NCBI GenBank assembly: GCA_041640455.1
Contig: JBEQAF010000020.1
Span: forward strand, 1 to 28,737
Direction: 5' to 3'
Source: a bacterium
Lineage (GTDB): Bacteria; CALINM01
DNA length: 28,737 bases
The notes under the pieces: generated by a model
The model's database searches: none
Told to the model about the DNA's origin: nothing
The model's input: only the letters and a program-made list of their open reading frames with translations
Position numbers and translations under genes: made by a program
Part shown: piece by piece, positions 8,113 to 18,000 of the stretch
Layout of the letters: every line of letters starts with the position of its first letter
How positions within the stretch are numbered: the first letter of the stretch is position 1

Positions 8113-11100
8113 AGCTCTCCTCTCTCTAATTTAACTGAAACAATCTTTGAAAGCCCGGGTGTCTCCATAGTAACACCATAGAGGGCATCCACCTCTTCCA
8201 TTAGAATCTTATTGTGAGTTACCACCATGAACTGGGAATACATGCTCATCTCTTTAAGAAGATTTCTAAATTTTATTACATTTGCATCATCAAGAGGCGC
8301 ATCAACCTCATCAAGCAGGCAAAAAGGACTTGGCTTCTGCATATAAAAGGCAAACATAAGAGATATCGCAACGAGCGCCTTTTCTCCGCCTGAAAGTAGT
8401 TCAAGGCTTTTAGCTCTTTTGTGAGGCACCTCCACATATATATCCACACCTGATTCAAGAATGTTACTCTCATCGGTAAGGATTATCTTTGCCTTCCCCC
8501 CATTGAAAAGTCTTTTAAAAACTCGATCAAAGTTCTCTTCAATATTTTTAAGAGATTTTGTAAAGAGCTCTTCAGAAAGTTTATTAATCCTATCAATTGC
8601 CTCATTAAGGCTTTTAATGGACTGCTCAATATCTTCCTTCTGTTTCTTCAAAAACTCATATCTTCTTTTAACCTCTTCAAACTCGTCTATGGCAAGCAGA
8701 TTTACCTCGCCAAAATCTCTCAATGCCTTAGATAGCTGTTCTACCCTCTCATCTGAGGTCTGTTTGTTATCAATAACAAGGTCTGCATATTTTTCATACT
8801 CTCTTCCCAGCTCAATATAATATTTTTCTCTAATCCGCTCTTCCATCAGCCTCATATTAAGATTAATCTCAGAAAGGTTCTCTTTTAGTCCCTCCGTCTC
8901 TTTTTTTAATCTGTCTGTTTCATTTCTTATCTGATTCTGTTTCTTTTCAAAATCTCTTACAATTGTTCTCAACTCTGAAATAAGATTCTCTTTCTGTTTT
9001 ATCTTGCTATCTTTTTCTGAATATTGTTTTTTTAAACCAGCAAGCTCCTGCTCGCAAGCTAAAAGTCTCTCATCAGCAGATCGATCGAGCTCTTCTATCT
9101 TACTTTTTTCACCCATAAGGTAGTCTATATCTTTATTTATCTTTGCAATCTCATCTCTGAGCCTTGTATGGCTCTCCTTTTTGTGATGTAGATTCCTTCT
9201 CTCCTCCGCAATGGTAATTTTAATCTCTGTCAGCCTTCTGGTCTTCTCGTCAAGCTCTCCTCTTAAACTTTCAAGTGTAGCTTGTTTTTCTAAAACTGCC
9301 TGCTCATTTTTTGCAATCTGTTCGATCAGTTTGCTCAGGTTATTTTCAAGCTCTGTCTTTTTTCTCAGATATGTATCCAGATTAATCTTAATATTCTTTA
9401 TTTCCGCCTTCAGCCCCTCCAGCTTATGTAATCTTCTTTTAAGCTCCTCTTCTTTATGCCTGACCTCCGTCCTTTCACTGGATATCTCCATATTCAGATT
9501 ATCCAGCTCGATTTTTTTTTCTTTTATCATCAGCTCTAAGGCTGAAATACTGCTCTCTTTATCTTTTATATGACTGAAGATCTGCTCCCTTTCATAATTA
9601 AGCATAGCAAGCTGTTCTTCCATCTCCTTAAGCTTCTGTCTCTCCGTAAGATAGGGATTGTGTTTCTCCCCAAAACCACCATGTATTATCCCTCTACTAT
9701 CAACAACTATGCCATCTTTTGTAGCTCTTAAAGAGTTATCTTCAGACCGAGAGGATTCTATGTCATCAACCAGTTCAAACCCTTTAAACAACTGCATTAG
9801 AGCCCTTTTAATATCCGCTCGTTCTGTAGTTGGTTTAATAAAATCAGGAAGATTCCAGTCATTGGCTGAAATTTTATCATCCACCGTGTAGAAGTAACAG
9901 CTACCGAGCTTTTTATTTTTCAGGTAGGCTATTGCTTCTCTAATTACCTCCATATCCTTAACAAAGATAAGCTCAAGCTTGTCGCCAAGAAGATTTTCAA
10001 AAAGAGTCAGGTAATCTTTATCTATTTCTACGAAATCCATGATGGAGCCATAAACCCTGCTTTTGTCAAAATTTTTTAAAACCTCTCTGGAACCACTGCT
10101 AAATCCACCATAATCTTCTATAAATTTTCGGCTGGAATTTAAAAACCCTGATAGTCTCTCTCTTTTTAGCTCCTTCTCCTGCAAAGTCTTTCTTAAATCT
10201 GCTGCATCTTTTTTATTTTTTATCAACCCATCTGTCTTAACTCTAATAAGCTCTTCCAGCTGCCGCTTTTCTTCTTCCTTATCCTTAAGGTTTTTACTAA
10301 AGCTTTCAAGATCTCTTCTAAACAGCTCAATCTGATCTAAAGAATCGGCCATCTCTTTCTCAAGCAGCTCGCCCCTTCTGGAGGCATCATCGTAAAGCTT
10401 CTGCTCATAAGCTATCTGAGAGTTTAGATAGGACTGCTGATTTTTGTCTCTTATAATATCCTTCTGAATACTGTTAAGCTCGTTGCTAATCTTTTTAACA
10501 TTTTCTCTGAGTGTAAAATCTGACTGCTCCTCTGCTTTTAAAGCATTCTCCTTTTCCAGCAGGGCTTGTTCATAAGTTTTTATCTCATTTTCAAGCATTT
10601 CCTTCTTTACAGTAACATTTTGCTTATCCTTTACAATATCCTCAATCTGCCCTGTCAGTTCAGCTATTTTTGATAACCTGTAATTTTTACCTTCCTTTAA
10701 AGAGGAAAGCTCCTTTTCTATGATACCAATCCTTTCAGATATGTGTGCTATTTCCTTTCTGTCTGATTCAATCTCCTGCTCGGTAAAAAACAGTTCATTT
10801 CGTTTTATCTCCAGATTAGCCTGCAGGCTCTGTAGCTCCATCTCCCTGCCTGATATGAGTTCCGAAAGCTCTTTCCATCTGCCTTCTTTCTCAATCAGAT
10901 CTGCTTTACATATTTTGTAATTGACAGAGTTTTTATAAAGCTCAATCTGCTTTAATTCATCAAAAATTTTTTTATACTCAATTGCCTTAGCAGCCTCCTT
11001 TTCAAGGCTGTAATAATTTCTTTCCACTTCAGAAAGAATATCCTCCACTCTATCAAGATTCTGCCTGGCACCCTCCAGCTTCTGTAGGGTTGCCTTTTTT

Positions 11101-11627
11101 CTTAATCTATATTTTGCCGTACCTGCTACCTCTTCAAAAATCAGTCTCTTTTCTTCTGGTTTATAGTTCATAAAGCTTTCTATCATCCCCTGCTCTATAA
11201 GCCCGTAAAACCTCTGTCCCAATCCTGTATCTATGGTTATATCCACAATATCCTTAAGTCTGCAGGGTGATTTATTGATAAGATATTCCGACTCTCCAGA
11301 TCTATAGAGTCTTCTTGTAATAACAAGCTCATTCAGGTTGCTGTAAGGCTCTGGAAATGGCATATTAGTTCTTTCAAAAAATAAAGATGTTTCTACCATC
11401 CCCGACGGATTAATCTCACTTGTTCCAGCAAATATTATATCTTCCATACTTTTAGCCCTTAGGTGGCGGGAATTCTGCTCCCCAAGCGCCCATTTGACTG
11501 CATCAATAATATTGCTTTTTCCACATCCATTTGGTCCCACAATGGCTGTAATCCCTTTGGGCACAAAAATGGTAAGCTTATCTTTAAAGGACTTAAATCC
11601 AAGCAGCTCAATCTTTGTCAAACGCAT
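8097..11627 (-). CDS. smc: Chromosome segregation protein SMC
   Basis: GFKSF, Walker A GPNGCGKS, two long coiled coils around a hinge (TKDG......G...GG), FGEVNLLAI, signature LSGGE and Walker B LLDEVDAPLD. Confidence 0.98.
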   Translation of the reverse strand: MRLTKIELLGFKSFKDKLTIFVPKGITAIVGPNGCGKSNIIDAVKWALGEQNSRHLRAKSMEDIIFAGTSEINPSGMVETSLFFERTNMPFPEPYSNLNELVITRRLYRSGESEYLINKSPCRLKDIVDITIDTGLGQRFYGLIEQGMIESFMNYKPEEKRLIFEEVAGTAKYRLRKKATLQKLEGARQNLDRVEDILSEVERNYYSLEKEAAKAIEYKKIFDELKQIELYKNSVNYKICKADLIEKEGRWKELSELISGREMELQSLQANLEIKRNELFFTEQEIESDRKEIAHISERIGIIEKELSSLKEGKNYRLSKIAELTGQIEDIVKDKQNVTVKKEMLENEIKTYEQALLEKENALKAEEQSDFTLRENVKKISNELNSIQKDIIRDKNQQSYLNSQIAYEQKLYDDASRRGELLEKEMADSLDQIELFRRDLESFSKNLKDKEEEKRQLEELIRVKTDGLIKNKKDAADLRKTLQEKELKRERLSGFLNSSRKFIEDYGGFSSGSREVLKNFDKSRVYGSIMDFVEIDKDYLTLFENLLGDKLELIFVKDMEVIREAIAYLKNKKLGSCYFYTVDDKISANDWNLPDFIKPTTERADIKRALMQLFKGFELVDDIESSRSEDNSLRATKDGIVVDSRGIIHGGFGEKHNPYLTERQKLKEMEEQLAMLNYEREQIFSHIKDKESSISALELMIKEKKIELDNLNMEISSERTEVRHKEEELKRRLHKLEGLKAEIKNIKINLDTYLRKKTELENNLSKLIEQIAKNEQAVLEKQATLESLRGELDEKTRRLTEIKITIAEERRNLHHKKESHTRLRDEIAKINKDIDYLMGEKSKIEELDRSADERLLACEQELAGLKKQYSEKDSKIKQKENLISELRTIVRDFEKKQNQIRNETDRLKKETEGLKENLSEINLNMRLMEERIREKYYIELGREYEKYADLVIDNKQTSDERVEQLSKALRDFGEVNLLAIDEFEEVKRRYEFLKKQKEDIEQSIKSLNEAIDRINKLSEELFTKSLKNIEENFDRVFKRLFNGGKAKIILTDESNILESGVDIYVEVPHKRAKSLELLSGGEKALVAISLMFAFYMQKPSPFCLLDEVDAPLDDANVIKFRNLLKEMSMYSQFMVVTHNKILMEEVDALYGVTMETPGLSKIVSVKLERGELWPQS

Positions 11628-11636
11628 AGCTTTAAG

Positions 11637-11645
11637 ATTTTAACA
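11637..11645 (-). promoter_or_regulatory. Extended -10 element just upstream of smc
   Basis: Minus strand reads TGT-TAAAAT, 9 nt before the smc ATG; no SD present. Confidence 0.45.
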
Positions 11646-11684
11646 CAAATTAAGGGAAATTAGGAAAAGATTTAAAAAGATACT

Positions 11685-12062
11685 CTAAGGAAGATTAGTT
11701 TTTTTGTTACAAACCCTTATTATCGTCTTAACATTTCCCCTCGGATTAAAATCTCCAATAACTTCAATAAAACGGGGTTTAAGTGCTTCTGATAACCTGT
11801 CGTAAATCTCGTTTACCACCTTCTCATGAGATATATAGGTATTTCTGTATTTGTTTAAATAGAGTTTGAGAGCCTTGAGCTCCACAATAAACTTATCGGG
11901 TACGTAGTTTATCTTAATGGTAGCAAAGTCTGGATATCCAGACCTTGGACATAAACAGGTAAACTCAGGAAATGATATCTCTATCAGATAATCTCTATCA
12001 GGGCTTGGATTCTCCCAGAGCTCAAGCTCTGCCTTTTCTATCTTCTGTTCGCCGTATCTCAT
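11685..12062 (-). CDS. queF: NADPH-dependent 7-cyano-7-deazaguanine reductase (preQ1 synthase), short type
   Basis: [16 protein letters not shown], QueF motif [11 protein letters not shown] and FNPRGN. Confidence 0.97.
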   Translation of the reverse strand: MRYGEQKIEKAELELWENPSPDRDYLIEISFPEFTCLCPRSGYPDFATIKINYVPDKFIVELKALKLYLNKYRNTYISHEKVVNEIYDRLSEALKPRFIEVIGDFNPRGNVKTIIRVCNKKTNLP

Positions 12063-12069
12063 TCTTTAA

Positions 12070-15000
12070 TTATTTCCTTATTTTTTTTCTAATACTTACT
12101 GCAATAATGACTAAAAGAGGCAGGCTGATCATAAAATTTAAATATTTTATAAAATAAACCACTGGCGTAAGCACTGCCCTTACAGTAAGTTTAAGCCAAT
12201 AGTTTTCTGCAATTACCTTAGCCAAAGCTGGACTATGGGTATAATAGAACTCTACAAATCTCCTACCAATCGAAGAAGTAAGCAGATATCTGTCTCTGAA
12301 CTGCCTTAAAACAACTACATGCGGGTCTAAATAGGATCCGTATGCGGCAGTGGCAATAAAACATTTCCAGCTTCCCGCATCCTTTGCGGCAATCAGGTCT
12401 CCCACTATTTTTATCTCAAGAACCTTTGTGGCATACACGCCGGAGTTTTTATCGGTTACCTTGATAGTAAAGGTATATATGCCTTCTTTTGTAGGTTTAC
12501 CGGATATTATACCAGTGTTCTGGTTAAGGGTTAACCCATCAGGCAGTACGCCGTACTCAATGTTCCACTCGTAAACAGGAGTTGTAGATCCGCCTGTTGC
12601 CGTGAGCATTGCAAAATAATCACTGTTAATATCGGTCTCGGCAATAAGACCTGAACTGTCTATTGTTATTTCTGATACATTGATGGTTATCACCTTTGTA
12701 TCGGTAGTGGAGCTGTTATCGGTTACAGTAACTGTTACGGTAAAGCTTCCTGAGATTAATGGGGTGCCAAGAATTGAGATCCCCTTGTCTGTAAGCTGAT
12801 AGTTTATACCTGATGGCAATCCTGTTACATTAAAGGAATATGGTGATGCCCCACCAGAAACATTTACAGTTATGGGGGTAATGGGCTTATTTGCTGAAAA
12901 GTAGTAGCTGTCTTTTTCTACAGTAAGTCTTGCCTTATCAACAACTGTCAGTGTATATTCCTTCTCAGCTGTAAACCCTGAACCATCTGTTACCTTTACC
13001 GTAAAAGTGAAACTGCCAATAGCCAATGGAGTACCTGAGAGCAGTCCGCCAGTACTAAGGGTGATCCCCTGAGGTAGTGAGCCTGATTTCTTTATAAAGT
13101 TTAGACTGGTTTGATTACCTCCGCTTACAGTTAACTGTTCTAAATAAGCAATACTTACAACAGCGCTTGGAATAGTAGTTCTATCAAAAGTAAGCTCTTC
13201 AAGTACATTTAATGTCAGATTCTGGGTTATCTGCGCACTCTTGCTGTCTGTTAAAATAAGATTAAAACTATAGCTTCCAGCCTGATTTGGCTTACCTTTG
13301 ATTGTAATAAAACTACCAGATACATCTACAGTTATGCCTGGGGGAACTATGGTAGTTTCAGGAATTAGTTTTATATCAAAGGGCTCTGTGCCGCCTGATA
13401 TTATAATGCTGGATGCATAGTCTCTGTTTACCATCCCAGTTGTAATGTAGTTTGATGTATTCAGGCCAATGGTTGCCACAGTAATACTAAACGTAACAGG
13501 CAAACTCTCTATCCCATTTGAATCCTTTGATATTATTGAAAAACTATAGACTCCAGTGGCTGCATTTATTTTTCCAGATATACTACCGTTACTGTCTAAT
13601 ATTAGTCCAGTGGGCATTGAGCCAGATGATTGGCTATAGGTATAGGTTGTTGAGGAGCCGAGACTTGATGCAAGCTGGATATTTAAAACCTGTCCATTAT
13701 AAACTGTACCTAAATTTGGGTTAGTGGTAATAATTGGCCTGCTATAGCTGTTAAGGATCAGATCTTTTTCAACGCTATAGCCTGTAAAAGTGTCAGTAAC
13801 GGCTATTTTTATTGTCCTTACACCAGACTCGGTTGGAGTCCCCGATATAACTCCCGTTGTTCCATTCAAACTGAGACCTGCAGGAAGACTACCTGAAACT
13901 ATTGAATAGGAATAGGTACCAGCTCCCCCTGAGGCTAATATATTATCTGAATAGGGTATATCTACTACTGCATTTTTCAATGCTGCATTATTAATTTTTA
14001 ACTCGGGATATACAGTTATCACAATATCCAGCTCTTTTTTATTACCCTTCGAATCAGTCAGAATTATTTTAAGGGCATAATCTCCAGTCTGAGATGGTGA
14101 GCCTGATAGTATTCCCTCTCCAGCTATAGATATTAGCGAAACTCCCGGAATAGAACCGGTCATAGACCAGCCATAAGCCCCTATGCCGCCAGCCCCTGTA
14201 AAGGTCACCTTGAAAGGTATATTAGCTATAGCAGAAAAGCTGGTACCAGAAGGAACCGATGTAATATTCAGCTTGTTAATTACTTTAAAGTTAACTGTCT
14301 TTGTATCTGATATTCCTGAACTGTCTGTAACTCCTATGGTCACGTTGTAATCACCAGCAGCAGGAGTTCCAGAAAGCGTCCCGTCATTATTAAATGTTAA
14401 ACCCGTGACAGAGCCTGATAAAACTGACCAGATATATGGTGAGGTACCGTTCTGGACTGAAAGCGTTATTTCCGGCACTTCCCCTGTGTAAAGATACACT
14501 GTATCTGCTGTGGTTATTCTGGGTTGCTCATTAATTATAATTGTGAAGCTCCTGCTGGCAGTAAAACCAAGACTATCGACAACAGATACGGTATATATAT
14601 AACTGCCCGCAATTAGCGGAGTTCCTGAAATCTCTCCCGTGGATGAGTTTATGGACAAACCATTAGATGAGTTCATTGAGAAGTAGTAGATCCCGGTACC
14701 TCCCGTTGCTCCTATTGTCTGGCTATAAGAAGTACCAATCGTTATATTTGGTAGGCTTGTAGGCGTAATATTTATCTGATCATAGACATTTACAGTGTAG
14801 CTTTTCTTTGCTGAATGACCTGCCGAATCGGTTGCTGTAATTTCAAAGGTATAGCTACCAGGATTTGAAGTAATGCCACTTATACTTCCAGTAAAAGGAT
14901 TTAGTATAAGTCCCGGTGGCAAAGCCCCCGAACTTACGCTCCATACAATAGCGCCAACTCCGCCCTGAGCATTTAAAGCCAGTCCGTAATTTTCACCAAC

Positions 15001-18000
15001 TATGGTATAGTATTTTGAACCCGTAGTTTCTGATATGGTAATTCCTGAAACAGCTATGTTAAAATCCTTTTCTGAATATACACCGCCTGCATCGGTAACC
15101 TTTATTCTAAACTGATAAACCGATCCAGTAGAAGCGGGGCCTGTAAGTGTAAGCTGCCCGGAGGTAGTAAGTGTAAATACAGATGGTAGGTTTGCGCTGG
15201 TGTAAATGTAAGGTGCTGTGCCACCGTCCGATATAAGATTTATTGTATCCCCTTCAAACAATGCAGTAACTGTATTGGTTATCTTAAGCATCTCCTGAAT
15301 ATTTAGCGTGTAATCTCGCTCAGACTCAAAACCTTTCGTGTCTTTCACTTTTATCTTCAAACCAAAACTGCCACCTACCTTCGGTACGCCAGTTACCTCA
15401 CCCTCCTTGTTTATGACTAAACCATCAGGTAAACCTACTGCCCACGTTGAATAGTTGCTAAATCCACTCACCACTCCACCTAACACTGTCAACTGATCCA
15501 CATACGCCTGCCCCTGCTTACCCTCTTTTAACTGAGCATTGACCACCCTTAACTCTTCATACACTGTTATCAAATAGTCCTTCTCACTATAATGCCCATC
15601 TCTATCTGTTACCCTCACCCTAATCTGATAGTCCCCCTTCTGCGTCGGAACTCCTGATAATATACCTTTGCCTTCAAAAGTAATAAGTGAAAGTCCAGGC
15701 ACAGAGCCGTTTTCTATTTCAAATGTATGAGGTGTATTTGTATCAGTCGTTGTTATACTCAATGAAAATGTTTTTCCAACCATTGCAAAATATGGTGGTG
15801 CTGATGATTCAGCAATGGGGATATTTTTTATTAAAACTGTATAATTCTGACTATCTGTGTCGCCCGAGATAATATCTGTTACCCCAATTGTAAAATTGAA
15901 TGTTCCAGAAGTGTTAATTTTTCCGCTAATAATTCCGTTTGATGAATTTAGAGAAAGTCCGGAAGGAAGTGACCCGCTTATAATCTGCCATGTTTGCTGA
16001 CCGCTTCCTCCTGTTGTGTTTATCTGATAATTAATATCATCGTTATGATACCAGTCGGTTGGAAGTGTAGTGGTTGTAATATTCAGTTTATCATAAACTG
16101 ATATTGATAGATTTCGAGAAGCTGTGAAATTTGCACTGTCTTTAACCTGAATGGTAAAGTTATAGATACCTTTGGTTGTGGGTGTACCAGTTAAGGTACC
16201 AGTAGTTTTTGACAGAATTATACCTGGAGGTAGTAAACCAGCTGAAGTTGAATAATTATTAAAGCTACCTGTTCCTCCAATAACATTAATTTGCGCTAAG
16301 TAGCTCTGAGACACAATTCCTGCTGAAAGAGCTGTATTTGTTATTTCAAGATTCTGGTAAACCGTTAATGAATAGCTTTCCTCTTCTTGGGCTCCTTTAA
16401 TATCCGTAACCTTAATCTTAAAATTATAGCTTCCTGCTTCCGTTGGTGTCCCCTGAATTATTACATTATTTCCAGAAACAAGAGCTGTTAAATTTGGCGG
16501 TGCAATGGGATTCCCGACTATTTCGGCTGAATAGGGAGCTGACCCACCATTTATGGTTACAAAAGATACATAAGATCTACCAACCATGGCACTGTTACTC
16601 AGGCTGCCTGATAAAGTCATCTTACTTACATAGAATCTAAATTTTTTTGCATCGCTTTCAATGTTCAAAGCATCTTTTGCCTTAACTATCACACTATAGT
16701 TGCCAAAGGCAGATTCTGATATTTTCCCTGAAATACTGCCGTTAGAAGCAAGACTGAGATTCTGAGGCAGATTACCACCAACCAAATTGTAGCTGTATGG
16801 TGCCAGACCATTTACTGCTTCAACTTGAAGCTGAACCGTCTGCCCCGCATACAAAGTTCCAAAACTGCTAATATTGCCAAATGTGGGCTGATTGTAAACA
16901 TTAAATGATAATGTTTTTTCATCATAGTATTCGCTACCCACCTGTTTGTCAAAAACCTTTACCTTTACAGAGTATGAACCAGATGTGACAGGAGTCCCGT
17001 AAATCAGCCCGGCTTTTGTGATATTTACACCTCCTGGATTATCTCCCACAAATACCATTGAGGCGCTATAGTTAGAAAATACATTACTACCACCGCTAAT
17101 ATTTAGCGAATGATTGTATGGCTTGCCTTTTATTGCATTGGGCAGGTTAAAGTCATTTATTTTTATCTCGGGATAAACGCTAACAGAATAGCTATTTGTG
17201 ACCGATACGGAACCTTTTGATGCAGATACGCTGAAGCTATAATCACCAAACTGAGTAGGAATACCCTGCAGTACCCCCTGGTTGGAAAGGGTTGTAAATC
17301 CCAAACCACCTATATTTCCTGAATAGTTATAGGTATAAGCTGAGGGCGAAAGAGGACCACCTGATGCAATAAACTTAACATTATATGATTTACCCACCAT
17401 AGCTTTAGCTGGAAAATCTACAGGATCAGTAGAGATTGAGATGGAAGGCAAAATAGTGAAGATAAAACTTTTATTAGCTGAGGCACCAGTATTATCGGTT
17501 ACTGTAATAGTCACATTGGTGCCTGACGTATCAAGTACCGTTGCCTTGCCATACAGCCTGCCCTGTGCATCTATCTTAATTCCATTATAATTTGCAGGGC
17601 TCATTGAAAAGCTAAGATTTCCTGTGCCTCCTGTGGCATTAAAAGAAAAATGATTGTTAGATGAATAGTTCTGAAAAATTACAATATCTCCCGTTGAAAC
17701 TATCTGGGGCTTAGGATTTATTTTAAGACTGTAGTCGCTGGATGCATTAAAGCCAAGATTATCTTTTACTTCAATGACATAATTAAAATCTCCTGTTGAT
17801 GATGGGGTTCCTTTGACATTACCACTATAATTGCCAAATTTTAATATGCCAAGCCCATTAAGATTAGATGGCGTGATTGAAAACACATAGTTGTGACCTG
17901 ATACCCTGCTTTCAAAAGGTACATAGGCAAAACTATTAATCTCAACCCCCTCTGTCCATTCAGATGGCAGGTTTGTAAGACTTAGATTTAGTTGCGGGTA

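Noticed and set aside
8097..11684. parS site near smc
   Set aside because: No match to the TGTTTCACGTGAAACA palindrome was noticed on manual reading; this was not an exhaustive scan.
6853..12062. Defence island (Wadjet/Lamassu SMC, CBASS nucleotidyltransferase, Dpd 7-deazaguanine modification)
   Set aside because: SMC is the canonical hinge-containing housekeeping type, the nucleotidyltransferase is DUF294-like rather than CD-NTase-like, and queF has no dpd or other que neighbours.
12063..12069. preQ1 riboswitch upstream of queF
   Set aside because: Only 7 nt separate queF from the upstream gene, and no preQ1 aptamer pattern is visible.
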